Source of the DNA: Bacillota bacterium
Lineage (GTDB): Bacteria; Bacillota; Dethiobacteria; DTU022; PWGO01
Assembly (NCBI GenBank): GCA_012518215.1
Contig: JAAYSV010000024.1
Location: 2,340-66,339 of the forward strand
Reading direction: 5' to 3'
DNA: 64,000 nt
Position 1 is the first letter of the stretch. Each line of letters starts with the position of its first letter. Shown in pieces: positions 54,237 to 64,000 of the stretch. The notes beneath the pieces were generated by a model, which was not told the DNA's origin, made no database searches, and saw only the letters and a program-made list of their open reading frames with translations. The translations under genes and the position numbers were made by a program.

Positions 54237-54998
54237 TCAATCCCCGGCCAGCTCTTCGGCCAGGTCATGCAACGCCTTGCCGCATTTTTCGCGGATGACA
54301 ACTGCAGCAAAACGGTCATATTCCGTGGGTGTCAGGTTGATGATGATCAGCTGTTTCGCCAACCGGGGCAAAGACGCCACCGGGTAAACCACGAGGCTGC
54401 TGCCAGCCACCAACATCAGATCACAATCCTGGCGCAATACTTTCTCCGCTTCAAAGAACAGCGGCGGCATGGGATCGCCAAAGAGGACCACATCCGGACG
54501 CAGAACACCGGAACATTCATGGCAAACAGGTGGTATCCGCTTCAATTCTACCTGGTGAACCATTTCCTCGAAAGGATATTTCTTTTTGCAGTCCTGGCAG
54601 AAACCGGTGCGCAGGTGGCCGTGTACTTCCCAGACATTGCGTGAACCGGCCTTCACATGCAGACCATCGATATTTTGTGTCACCAGCCCCTTGAGAAAGC
54701 CCATCTCCTCCATCCTGGCCAGAGCATGATGTCCCTGATTCGGTTCGGCCATGGTGATACTGGCAAAACGTGTGAAACCCACCTCGTAAAAGAGCCGCGG
54801 GTCATTTTGCAGAACATCCACCGTGGAAGTCTTGATCGGGTCAACCTTCTCCCAGATCCCCTTGCCCGGTGTCCGGAAATCGGGGATACCGCTCTCCGTG
54901 GAGAGCCCCGCCCCGGTCAAACCGAAAAAACCATCAATACTTCTGATCAAGGATGCAGCGCGCGCAATCTGTTTCCGATAATCCATATCCATCTTCAC
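54237..54998 (-). CDS. cobB: NAD-dependent protein deacylase (sirtuin)
   Basis: TGAGLSTESGIPDFR, TQNIDGLH, EVHG, CxxC..CxxC, RPDVVLFG, GSSLVVYP. Confidence 0.92.
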   Translation of the reverse strand: MKMDMDYRKQIARAASLIRSIDGFFGLTGAGLSTESGIPDFRTPGKGIWEKVDPIKTSTVDVLQNDPRLFYEVGFTRFASITMAEPNQGHHALARMEEMGFLKGLVTQNIDGLHVKAGSRNVWEVHGHLRTGFCQDCKKKYPFEEMVHQVELKRIPPVCHECSGVLRPDVVLFGDPMPPLFFEAEKVLRQDCDLMLVAGSSLVVYPVASLPRLAKQLIIINLTPTEYDRFAAVVIREKCGKALHDLAEELAGD

Positions 54999-55256
54999 CC
55001 TTTCCCCTGTTTCCTTACATCTTTCTACTAGCCCTTCGCCCTCATCCCTTTTGATTCCAGAAAATATGCACTTATCTATCTATTCTATACTTCCCGGTCC
55101 AATCCTGTTTTTGGAATGGCGGGACCGGACACCGATGAAAATGGTGCATCATTGTTGCGAAGCAAGGACACACATTGCCGGATCGGGAACGATGGCAACA
55201 ATCGATGAGCAGCAATCCATTCCTGGCTGGAGGGGGAATGCCCTGCCCCCGTTTTC

Positions 55257-55916
55257 TCACTGTTCTTTTTTCACCACCCTGATGATTCCATGAAGGAGAA
55301 GCAGCCAGACCAGCAGGATCTCCAGGTAGAGACTCACCATGCCGATGCGGTAACAGGCAGTTGTGTCCGTCACCTTGCCAAGAAGAAGAAACATGAAACC
55401 CAGCAACACGGTAACGAATTGCAGACGGGCGATCGTCGTCGGCCTGAAATTGGCCGCACCCATGAAGATGGTCAAAGCCTTGTTTTCGGTATTTTCAAGA
55501 CGCGAGGCGCGGATGCGGTCCGTGGCGAAAACCCCGATCTGCGGCACAACCATCAGCATGATCACCACCGAAGGCAGCAGGCCAGTGGTGAGCAGAAGAA
55601 TTCCGGCCCAGGCCCCGAGGAACCAGTCCGCTATCTGATCCAGATAAGCCCCCCCGCGTGAAGAAAGGCCTCGCAGCCGTGCCAGCGGGCCATCGATCAG
55701 ATCTGTCAGTGCCGCCGCGCTCAAGATATAGATCTGCAACGTCAATGAAAGATGGAACATGTAAATGATAATGGCCGAAGCAACCAGGACCAGACGCAAG
55801 CCGGTGATATGATTCGGGTTGATCCAGGGGGGAATCAGCAGATCGAAGAGGGGTTTCAACATTCTGTCACGGATCTTCTCCTCGGCATCCGTTAACCGCT
55901 CCACAGGGTTTGTCAC
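55257..55916 (-). CDS. CDP-alcohol phosphatidyltransferase family protein
   Basis: PNHITGLR; DLIDGPLAR...GAYLDQIAD signature. Confidence 0.88.
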   Translation of the reverse strand: MTNPVERLTDAEEKIRDRMLKPLFDLLIPPWINPNHITGLRLVLVASAIIIYMFHLSLTLQIYILSAAALTDLIDGPLARLRGLSSRGGAYLDQIADWFLGAWAGILLLTTGLLPSVVIMLMVVPQIGVFATDRIRASRLENTENKALTIFMGAANFRPTTIARLQFVTVLLGFMFLLLGKVTDTTACYRIGMVSLYLEILLVWLLLLHGIIRVVKKEQ

Positions 55917-56116
55917 AAAAACAGAACCTTCTTTCCGCCGTTAAACCGGCAATTGATGCTGACAGGATTGCCGGGCCGACAGGTCCACCAATTAATTGAT
56001 ATTCTTGATCATTGCTCCTGATGACCCTTCGTTGCAGAAGAAGCCCATAACGCGCCAACATATCGATGCGGGGGGAAACAGGAACCGGTTCATGCCAATA
56101 GCAAGTGGGTAAGACC

Positions 56117-56242
56117 GGGGGATTCTTCGGTCGCCTGCGGCTCCCTCTCAATTTTCACGCGTTGACCACACCACGATAAACGGAAATTATTTCTTCCGGG
56201 TGCATATTTATGCCGGAGTTCATTTACTTCCACAACAATGAC
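56117..56242 (+). repeat. Dispersed repeat copy C
   Basis: GGGGATTCTTCGGTCGC..GCTCCCTC..AATTTTCACGCGTT...CCACGATAAACGGAAATTATTTCTTCCGGGTGCATATTT...GGAGTTCATTTACTTCCA...CAATGAC. Confidence 0.9.
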
Positions 56243-56252
56243 AGGTAGTATT

Positions 56253-56288
56253 TTTTCTTTCTCCGGCAGCTTTTCTTTCTCCGGCAGC
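56253..56288. repeat. Perfect 18-bp tandem duplication
   Basis: TTTTCTTTCTCCGGCAGC x2. Confidence 0.9.
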
Positions 56289-56549
56289 GTGGGGTTTTCA
56301 CGTTGTCATTCGGGGCAAGCGGTGTTTTGTGGGAACACTCCCCTGCAAATACAACAAAAACAATCACTTGAATCTGTAAATAGAGGGTAAAAATATACTT
56401 TTGTCTAATAAATCAGTGGAAGAATGCAAGCAGCCTGCAGGCGGGGCAAGGGCGATGATGCGGAAGCCCCCACCCGTTACCGGCAACAACTTCCCTTTCC
56501 AGAAAGTAAACCAACTGTATCATCTACCATCACGAAGGAGGCCGCACCG

Positions 56550-58163
56550 GTGCCCATGGAAATCGAGATAAACACACAATTTGCGGAAGCTCTGCGAATG
56601 ATGGAGGAAACCGATAAAAATATCTTTATCACCGGGCGGGCAGGCACCGGAAAATCGACTCTCCTGGCCTACTTCCGTTCCATCACACACAAAAAAATAG
56701 TGGTCCTGGCCCCCACCGGAGTGGCAGCGGTAAACATAGCCGGCCAGACCATTCATTCCTTCTTCGGTTTCAGGCCCGATATAACCGTGGAAAAAGTCAA
56801 GGATGGCGCCGGGAAAAAATCATCTTCGATCTTCAAAAATCTGGATGCCATAGTTATCGATGAGATCTCCATGGTGCGTTCGGACCTCCTGGATTGCGTG
56901 GACCAGTTCCTGCGGATCCACGGCAAAAATAGGGGGGCACCCTGCGGCGGCATACAGATGATTTTTGTCGGTGATCTTTACCAGATCCCGCCGGTTGTTA
57001 CCGGACAGGAGAAACAGATTTTCAGGGATTACTACGAAAGCGAATACTTTTTTGATGCCAGAGCTTTCCATGAGATGGATTTCGCGCTGCTGGAACTGGA
57101 AAAGATCTACCGTCAGACCGACCCCTCCTTCATCGAATTCCTGAACCGAATCCGCAATAAAACGATCACCGCGGATGATCTGCAGGAAATCAACAGAAAG
57201 ACCTTTGACGACAACCGTATGCTGCCCGAAGGCGTTATATACCTGACGACCACCAATGCCATGGCTGAAAAGAGAAACGAAACCGAGCTGAATCGCCTGC
57301 AAGGCAGGGCCCACATTTTCCCGGCAAAGATCGCCGGCGAGGTGGAGGAAAAATATTATCCCGCCGCCGATGTTCTTCAATTAAAAAAGGGAGCTCAGGT
57401 GATGCTGCTGAACAATGACAGCAAGGGGCGCTGGATCAACGGAACCATCGGCACGATTACCGGGATAAAGAGGGATGCCCTGGAGGTCAGGCTCCTCGAT
57501 GGCAGCAACCATACAGTGGAGCCCTACACGTGGGGCATTACCCGTTATTACTGGGACAGGAAGAGAAGAACCGTGGCTTCGGAAACACTGGGAACCTTCA
57601 CACAATATCCCATGAGGCTTGCCTGGGCGATAACTATCCACAAGAGCCAGGGCAAAACATTTGACCACATCGCCATCGACCTGGGCAAGGGTACATTTGC
57701 ACCCGGGCAGCTTTATGTGGCTCTCTCCCGCTGCCGGAGTCTTGACGGGATATACCTGAAGAGAAAGATCAAGGAAACAGATGTCTGGATCGACTGGAAA
57801 GTCATAAAATTCATCACCAATCTACAGTACCGGAAATCGGAAAAAGAGATACCCATCGACGAAAAAGTCCGACTGATCGAGCAGGCGATAGAGAACGAAT
57901 CTTCCCTGGAAATATCCTACCTCAAGTCCGAAGACGAAAAATCACAGCGCACCATCACCCCCAGTTTTGTGGGTGATATGGAATACATGGGGAAGTCATT
58001 TCTGGGCATGAGGGGGTACTGTCACATGAGAAAAGCCCAGCGCACTTTTCGCGTGGACCGCATCCTGAAAATAAACGATATCGTCCCGCCCCGATCTTCC
58101 GGTCAACAATTGTCCGGGAACAATAATGGGCAGAAAAAGCATCACGCATGGCCGGAAAAATGA
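56550..58163 (+). CDS. Pif1-like SF1B helicase fused to a C-terminal WYL domain
   Basis: GRAGTGKS, APTGVAA, IDEISM, GDLYQIPP, AITIHKSQG, YVALSR; ISY...RTITP...GYCHMRKAQRTFRVDRI; AAGGAGG RBS before GTG 56550. Confidence 0.88.
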   Translation: MPMEIEINTQFAEALRMMEETDKNIFITGRAGTGKSTLLAYFRSITHKKIVVLAPTGVAAVNIAGQTIHSFFGFRPDITVEKVKDGAGKKSSSIFKNLDAIVIDEISMVRSDLLDCVDQFLRIHGKNRGAPCGGIQMIFVGDLYQIPPVVTGQEKQIFRDYYESEYFFDARAFHEMDFALLELEKIYRQTDPSFIEFLNRIRNKTITADDLQEINRKTFDDNRMLPEGVIYLTTTNAMAEKRNETELNRLQGRAHIFPAKIAGEVEEKYYPAADVLQLKKGAQVMLLNNDSKGRWINGTIGTITGIKRDALEVRLLDGSNHTVEPYTWGITRYYWDRKRRTVASETLGTFTQYPMRLAWAITIHKSQGKTFDHIAIDLGKGTFAPGQLYVALSRCRSLDGIYLKRKIKETDVWIDWKVIKFITNLQYRKSEKEIPIDEKVRLIEQAIENESSLEISYLKSEDEKSQRTITPSFVGDMEYMGKSFLGMRGYCHMRKAQRTFRVDRILKINDIVPPRSSGQQLSGNNNGQKKHHAWPEK

Positions 58164-58368
58164 AAAAAGCCCTGCACCGCATTACCGCCACCCGGGGTAA
58201 CAGCCCGTCGTTACAGACCATCCCGGAAGCTGAAAAGAAGATCATACGCAAGCTGTCGGCGACATGGGAATAAAACCTGCATTCTTTCATTTCTATTCCA
58301 ATCAAAAATAAGGCGCTGGAACTTTTTTTGATCCCAATCGCGAAATCTTTTTTCTTAACAATCTCAAA

Positions 58369-59907
58369 TTAATCATTTTCTAAAGATTTATTTAAAGCAT
58401 CTTCCACGTTATTTCTTTTCCCTTTAGGGTCAGGCTTGACAGTGAGCGCAGGAATGTCTTTCCCCCGATACTCCACATCAAGTATCCCTAGCTGGTACCT
58501 GATCGTATCTCTCATTTTTCGCGCCCTATCAAGGCAATAGCGCTTAAATTCACGGGCGGTTATGTCGTCCGCGCTACGAACCTGCGGGAATAATAATTTC
58601 AGATAAGCCGTAGCAATTCGCTTAACCGCTTCAGTATCACGGGTATCCGCCGCTTCAGGAACTTCAATAAGATCATCCACTACGGCACGGTAGCTCATAT
58701 CATCACGCAATTCATGCATAATTGAACAAAAATATTCAGAATTTAACGCCCACCCCGCAATTTTAAGGTCATCGTTCATTCGGGGAATGTTCCATCCTTT
58801 GATAAAACCGTGAAACCGTTCAATCAAAGCCGATTCGTGGAATACAGGTGGCAATTCCTCAAACATATTGCCATAACCATCCTCGTCCATCGTTTCCTTT
58901 TTAATATTGCCACAGAGGACAACTCCCGCATCAGCGGTTCCCTCATAGTTACCAACAGTAAAGACTCCTGATTCAAGATAGCCTTTTAAAGCAGCCCGCA
59001 TTTCGTCCACATTCGTGAATGAAATGGTCTGCACTTCATCAAGCACTATAAAATCGTTTCCGGAAACCAAACCCTCGGTACGCTTGTTCTGGTCATAAAA
59101 CATTTTTGCACGGCTTAAAATACCACCGCTTGAAAGCCATCCGAAGCGGCTAACACGACCAAAAAGATATGATTTACCGGTTCCTTTGGGTGCAAGTTCA
59201 ATGAGATTCAGTCTTTTTTCTACAAATGGTAGCAAGCGGGTTAACATCGTAAGTTTCTTTTCTTCGTCACCCAGGTAACCACTTGCGTTATAGTCCACCG
59301 CTCCAAGCAGGACATCCAACCATTCTGCCGTAGTGAACTGGCATCGTACTTCCTTATAATAGTCTATATCAATGGTGTAGGGACAAAAAGTTTTAAAGGC
59401 CGTTAGCTTTATTTTACCTCTGTTCGCTCCCCTTGATTTATCTTTGTAATATCCTGTATCGTAGTCATCAGGAGGGCGATAGCCGATTTCGACCATTCCC
59501 CAAGTCTCGCACCCGTGCACCAAATCATCCTTACATGTTTGCCACACGTGGTCCTCTATGATGGTGTCCTTGCTCGTCAGCCCAAAATCAGGCAACGCAA
59601 ACGATATCCCACCTGTCCTTATATCTATATCAACCGACACTTTGGCAAGGAATTTCACTCGCTCATGTTCGATTACGACCTGATTTTTAATCGCTGTCCA
59701 ATCATCCTTACGCGGTAGGTAAATCCGTACAAAATCAAGCAATTCGTCTTGGTTAAAATTACCGTTTTCATCTTCGAATTTCTTTAAGAGCCAGTCGCGC
59801 ATGAATGAAGGCAGGCTTAGAGCGGAGAAAAAGTTACTCTTCTTAAGATCTTTATATACGACCATCTCGTCAAAACAATTTCTGAGTTTTTCAATCATCA
59901 TTCGCAC
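58369..59907 (-). CDS. brxL: BREX BrxL-like AAA+/MCM-type ATPase lacking the Lon protease domain
   Basis: LTRLLPFVE..LNLIELAPKGTGKS, VLDEVQ, LKGYLESG, ALIERFHGFIKGW. Confidence 0.85.
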   Translation of the reverse strand: MRMMIEKLRNCFDEMVVYKDLKKSNFFSALSLPSFMRDWLLKKFEDENGNFNQDELLDFVRIYLPRKDDWTAIKNQVVIEHERVKFLAKVSVDIDIRTGGISFALPDFGLTSKDTIIEDHVWQTCKDDLVHGCETWGMVEIGYRPPDDYDTGYYKDKSRGANRGKIKLTAFKTFCPYTIDIDYYKEVRCQFTTAEWLDVLLGAVDYNASGYLGDEEKKLTMLTRLLPFVEKRLNLIELAPKGTGKSYLFGRVSRFGWLSSGGILSRAKMFYDQNKRTEGLVSGNDFIVLDEVQTISFTNVDEMRAALKGYLESGVFTVGNYEGTADAGVVLCGNIKKETMDEDGYGNMFEELPPVFHESALIERFHGFIKGWNIPRMNDDLKIAGWALNSEYFCSIMHELRDDMSYRAVVDDLIEVPEAADTRDTEAVKRIATAYLKLLFPQVRSADDITAREFKRYCLDRARKMRDTIRYQLGILDVEYRGKDIPALTVKPDPKGKRNNVEDALNKSLEND

Positions 59908-59910
59908 CTC

Positions 59911-62175
59911 CTAAAACAAGTCATCAAAATCGTCGTTAATCCTACCACTCTTACCTTGTGCAATAATAGTAATTTTTCCAACTAAATTATCGCCAATATA
60001 AACATCGGCAGGATAGTTGCCCGCCCGCTTTAAATCAGGTATCTTTACCGTATAGTGGTTTGTATCTGTTTGTGTAGCCAAATATTGTTTCCCATTCAAG
60101 ATAATAGAAACATCCTCAACAAATGAGTTAAAGAATAATTTGATCTCAGCGCCGGTGCGGAAATCCACGGTCACAAAATCATCAACAAGTTTGACCGTTA
60201 TGTCGCTGTTTTTTAAAGATAATTCAATAACCGGAACAACAACTTCTTCTAATGATGCACCACCATGAACTTCGACGTTCGCCGCACGGCCACCTTTGAA
60301 TCTTCCATAGTCTGCAAGCACAAGATATCCATTTTCCTCTGCCGCGAATGGAAGATCATAGGGGTGAAACAACTTACAGCAACGGCCCGAACGTTCGCCA
60401 GTAGTTCCAGTATCATATTTTTCCTCTTTGCGCCGTAAAACAGCAAGCCGTGAAGCACCGTGGTCACTAACAATTAGGAAGCGTTTATAATGCCGTAGCG
60501 CTAATTCAGTAGCCGCCTTATTAATCATTTCAGCAATTATATCCAATTCTTTGGCAAGGTGGATAGGCAATTCATTATTAATAAAATTATAACCGCCCTT
60601 GTCATTATGCTTAGTATGATCTAATTCATCGTTTTTCTCTTTGTGACCCTCCCAATCAATAAAGAAGTCTTTGTTGAAATCCGTTATAGTTGGTAGTTCA
60701 GCTCGAACAATATTTACTTTAATCGACAAACCAAGCTTTTCAACTAAAGCTTCGATTAAGCCTAAGTATTCAACACCAAACGCATCAAGCCAATAAAGAA
60801 AAGTATCGCTCCTGTCTACATCATCCAAAATCACATTCCGTGTAGGCAACTGATTAAACTTCCGTGAATGGGCAAGTTCGTCAACCTTGGCCAAAAACTC
60901 CGACTCAAGTACATTGAATAGCTTCTGTCTTTTGTAAGCCTCAAAATAATTGGTTAGCAATTCCGCAAGTTCAGGACATTTGAAAACATACTTCTTCATG
61001 TAATCCGCCAATAAGGGATAAATGTCCTTGATTTCTGGTTCTGGTACCAAGCGATATTTTGAAAGCCAAGCGATAATTTCTTCACGCTCAACCCTTGTGC
61101 CGTCCGTTAATTTATAGATGCTTTCTGACGGGATTCGCCGATTATTTACCACAAAATTAGCGATTTCTGGCTCGGGAAATTTTTCGATCAGCACTTTACG
61201 CTCCTGATAGAAAGTAGAAAAGTTTTCATCCGTATGGGGTATTTCAATTATTGCATCGAGAACATTACATGCAAAGTCATCAAAATGGTTCGTTTTGTTT
61301 AACACAAAGCGAAGGTATTTATTATGCACAAATTCAGCTTTACTTTTCAGAAAAACAAAATAGAGCCAGTTACGGTATTCTCCTCCTGAAATCTGGCCAT
61401 AGAAGCTAGAATCTAAGGTATCCCTAAAATCATATTTTTCAAAAACCTTATCGAGTGATCCATTACTTTGGTTAAGTTCTGTTAGCAAATTTGCCCATTG
61501 CACATCATTCCCGCAGGAACATGGTAAAGCAAAATTCTTGGAAAAATATTTAATTCCTTCGTATGCGTTATTAATGTGATATAGCGTGAATAATGACTTT
61601 TCAAGATTAACGAATGTACTTGCTACTATATTGCCACATTTTCCAGCCTCAAGCTCTTTAAGCAACGCTTTAAAACCCACCAAAGCCGGCAATCCAATAG
61701 ATGGTGCAACAAGAGTAACCGTTAAATCGCACTCCGCCCGTTCTACAACACTGTACATACGGCCGTCAAAGCGCAAGTCAGCACGCAATTTGTCAATCTG
61801 CGTGGCAAGCCCCCGAAGAAGTAACACGACTTTTGCAGCACCTAAATTATAGTTTTTGAGGCGTAAAAGAATTTTATTTGCTTCGTCGTTTCCGCAAAGT
61901 GCAAGATATTCACCTAGCCCCGTTACTACAAGCCCTTTTCCCTTTGCACTTGCATCCGACATCTTGATATGGGTCAATAGCTTATCGATATCAGGCTTTT
62001 TGTCTTCGCTATTGCAGAAACTGCTTGTTTGTACTATTGCAAGCCCCAAAGCTGCTAATTCATCCATTGCTTTTTTATACTGCCCGTCGTTAATAAATAG
62101 GAAATATGGTGTTTTGTCAGAAGATGCGAGGTATTGCTTTACTAAGTCAATTCGCATTCTATTGCCTGCCCCCAT
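59911..62175 (-). CDS. pglZ: BREX (type 4) PglZ-domain phosphatase/phosphodiesterase
   Basis: YWLDAFG, AELPTIT, LDHTKH, IVSDHG, HGGASLEEVVVP; between brxC-like and brxL genes. Confidence 0.85.
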   Translation of the reverse strand: MGAGNRMRIDLVKQYLASSDKTPYFLFINDGQYKKAMDELAALGLAIVQTSSFCNSEDKKPDIDKLLTHIKMSDASAKGKGLVVTGLGEYLALCGNDEANKILLRLKNYNLGAAKVVLLLRGLATQIDKLRADLRFDGRMYSVVERAECDLTVTLVAPSIGLPALVGFKALLKELEAGKCGNIVASTFVNLEKSLFTLYHINNAYEGIKYFSKNFALPCSCGNDVQWANLLTELNQSNGSLDKVFEKYDFRDTLDSSFYGQISGGEYRNWLYFVFLKSKAEFVHNKYLRFVLNKTNHFDDFACNVLDAIIEIPHTDENFSTFYQERKVLIEKFPEPEIANFVVNNRRIPSESIYKLTDGTRVEREEIIAWLSKYRLVPEPEIKDIYPLLADYMKKYVFKCPELAELLTNYFEAYKRQKLFNVLESEFLAKVDELAHSRKFNQLPTRNVILDDVDRSDTFLYWLDAFGVEYLGLIEALVEKLGLSIKVNIVRAELPTITDFNKDFFIDWEGHKEKNDELDHTKHNDKGGYNFINNELPIHLAKELDIIAEMINKAATELALRHYKRFLIVSDHGASRLAVLRRKEEKYDTGTTGERSGRCCKLFHPYDLPFAAEENGYLVLADYGRFKGGRAANVEVHGGASLEEVVVPVIELSLKNSDITVKLVDDFVTVDFRTGAEIKLFFNSFVEDVSIILNGKQYLATQTDTNHYTVKIPDLKRAGNYPADVYIGDNLVGKITIIAQGKSGRINDDFDDLF

Positions 62176-64000
62176 TCATCAGTATTTCAATACCGACCAT
62201 TATCCTGTTTTTGACGAGCTGCTTAAGATAGTGCTTCAACTGTGCATCGCCCATCTGATCAATTATCGAAAGAACCTTGTTACTGCCACCGGCATTATAC
62301 TCAGCTTCAGCAAGTTGCTTAACTTTACCCTTAACACTAGGATTGCCGCGCCAATCATAAGTGTCGATAGAAAGGCGTTCAAGGGCAAAACGGACATTAT
62401 CAAGGTCAGGAAGCAATATTGAATATTCGCCAATAATGTCACGCTTAAAAGCAGCATTTCGCTTGTCTTCGTCTGAAAGCACATCAAAAAGCGCTGCAGT
62501 TTCAAGAAATGCGAGAGCGGCTTTGATTTCGGCATCCGTTCCCCAGTTCCTGTTTAGTGTTTCAAACGCTTTCTTTGCGTTTTCAAACTCTGCCTCGGTA
62601 ATACAACATAGAATTGGTGTCCTGTAACGGTTTGACCATTCACGCGGATTCTTGGTTCCGGTTTTAGATTTCCATAAATTGAAAAGCTGTATCTTCAACT
62701 GGTTTTTGCGAAACACCTCAACGGCTTCTTTGACTTTGATGTTGCAATCGGTATTTGAAAACATAAACAAACCTGTTGGCAGTTTGCTTTTTATATCGGT
62801 GATATCATCATCACTCAAGTCTTCGAGATATGGCTCATACACCTCAGCGAAAATGCGCCTTTCATAGTTAAGCATTTCCCTGATTTCCATTCTATGTGCC
62901 TCTAATTCTGAATAAAACAAATTTAACTGTTCAGGTAGGATATCTTCTTTCTTATAAATTTTTAGTAGTATTTCGAGGACTCTTACCAATGCAGGATGCC
63001 TTGCTTGCAATGCTTCGCATGAGATACTAATAAACCCCAACCGCACACGCCACTCACTGTATGCCCCTTCTAAAGAATTCGCCATCGTATTCAAGATTGC
63101 GTTGCTCTCCTTGACCACGTTGTATTCAGTCAAGAGCTTGCGGATTTCATCCATGCCAGTATTTTTATCCCAAAAACAGGAATGCTTTACTTCAAATATA
63201 CGTCGAATATCAGTTAGCACATTGTTTTCCGCACCGATTGTTTCAGCAACCTCCATAACTTTACCGCCTTCGAATATTTTTAAGAATTCACGCATCCCTT
63301 CCTGACATTTTTCTCTTGTGAACAAGTCAAAAAGGCTGTCGGCAAGGGTAGGTTTCGCAGATGCAATTTTCCCGATTTTTACAGCCTTTTGATGCGCCTC
63401 ACTACCTTCCTTTTGAACAAGCTCAATGTAATACTGGACCACATCAAAAATTCCGGCTGTATCTATTTCTTCAAGGCACCAGACCGGTAGGCTTAGTTCG
63501 CGCATTTTTTGAGACACAGCTATAGCTGCCTGTCCTGCGGATAAACAAGAATTTGGAGCTATATCCCATGCCTTTTCGGTTACTTCATAAAACGCCATTT
63601 CCTCGGGAGTCATCTTTACGATATAGGTCGCTTTCGGAGATTTTCCAATATAGTTTCCAATCATCTCCGCTAGTTTATCCTGTGTCATCTCCCCATGCCC
63701 ACCAGAAGAATCACTATAGCGGAACGGCTCACCTCCGTATTCTTTCAAAAGGAAACCTGTAATAAAAGAAGAGAGATTGCAAGGGGCAAAACCGTAGGTT
63801 TCCTCAAGAAAATCATAGATTTCGCCTATTGAAATCTGCCCCTCACTCTCAAAAGCATCTTTAATAATTTTGTCAATATCAACCTTAATTTTAGAAATAG
63901 GCAAAGAAGCTTTTACCGGATTTTCCCAATATTTATTAACCTTCCAGACATCCGGAAGAATGCGTTTTTCAAGACCTACAACAACGCCTTTCGTATTCTG
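62159..64000 (-). CDS. C-terminal part of a large BREX type 4 BrxC-like protein (5' end outside window)
   Basis: Frame stays open from 63904 to the window edge (QNTKGVVVGLEKRILPDVW...); overlaps the pglZ start; ATPase motifs not in window, so the call rests on gene order. Confidence 0.65.
   Translation of the reverse strand, partial: QNTKGVVVGLEKRILPDVWKVNKYWENPVKASLPISKIKVDIDKIIKDAFESEGQISIGEIYDFLEETYGFAPCNLSSFITGFLLKEYGGEPFRYSDSSGGHGEMTQDKLAEMIGNYIGKSPKATYIVKMTPEEMAFYEVTEKAWDIAPNSCLSAGQAAIAVSQKMRELSLPVWCLEEIDTAGIFDVVQYYIELVQKEGSEAHQKAVKIGKIASAKPTLADSLFDLFTREKCQEGMREFLKIFEGGKVMEVAETIGAENNVLTDIRRIFEVKHSCFWDKNTGMDEIRKLLTEYNVVKESNAILNTMANSLEGAYSEWRVRLGFISISCEALQARHPALVRVLEILLKIYKKEDILPEQLNLFYSELEAHRMEIREMLNYERRIFAEVYEPYLEDLSDDDITDIKSKLPTGLFMFSNTDCNIKVKEAVEVFRKNQLKIQLFNLWKSKTGTKNPREWSNRYRTPILCCITEAEFENAKKAFETLNRNWGTDAEIKAALAFLETAALFDVLSDEDKRNAAFKRDIIGEYSILLPDLDNVRFALERLSIDTYDWRGNPSVKGKVKQLAEAEYNAGGSNKVLSIIDQMGDAQLKHYLKQLVKNRIMVGIEILMNGGRQ

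Noticed and set aside
29243..64000. Second att site duplicating the tRNA-Arg 3' end
   Set aside because: No copy of CAGGCGTACCA was noticed by eye, so the island's far boundary cannot be defined.

Overview
A 64-kb chromosomal segment from a Bacillota (Clostridia-like) bacterium, inferred from SigA-type promoters, strong GGAGG ribosome-binding sites (RBS), rex, and Spo0E-like, SPOR and dockerin domains. Positions 1-29.2 kb are mostly housekeeping and metabolic genes: SDRs, a sialidase-like lipoprotein, an M20 peptidase, thrS, a GTPase, a GH2 beta-galactosidase, rex, an FtsA-like protein, a two-component pair, azlCD and an ADP-forming acetate-CoA ligase, plus seven tRNA genes. This part also holds a small phage-relic-like XRE/Cro switch with three 17-bp operators upstream of an unannotated Spo0E-like ORF, and an unannotated 31-aa Lys/Arg-rich ORF with an ATA start. 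After tRNA-Arg(CCT) the sequence is accessory-rich. It contains integrase, IS256 and ISNCY-like remnants, a three-copy structured dispersed repeat and a 1764-aa secreted HExxH/dockerin protein. It also contains an orphan CARF-HEPN (TIGR02710-like) gene directly upstream of a loop-deleted (CC-adding-type) tRNA nucleotidyltransferase-HD gene, a Pif1-WYL helicase, and the 3' part of a type 4 BREX locus (brxC-like, pglZ, brxL). The CARF-HEPN/nucleotidyltransferase pair is the best candidate for an undescribed system. All family calls come from motif recognition by eye; no database searches were run.
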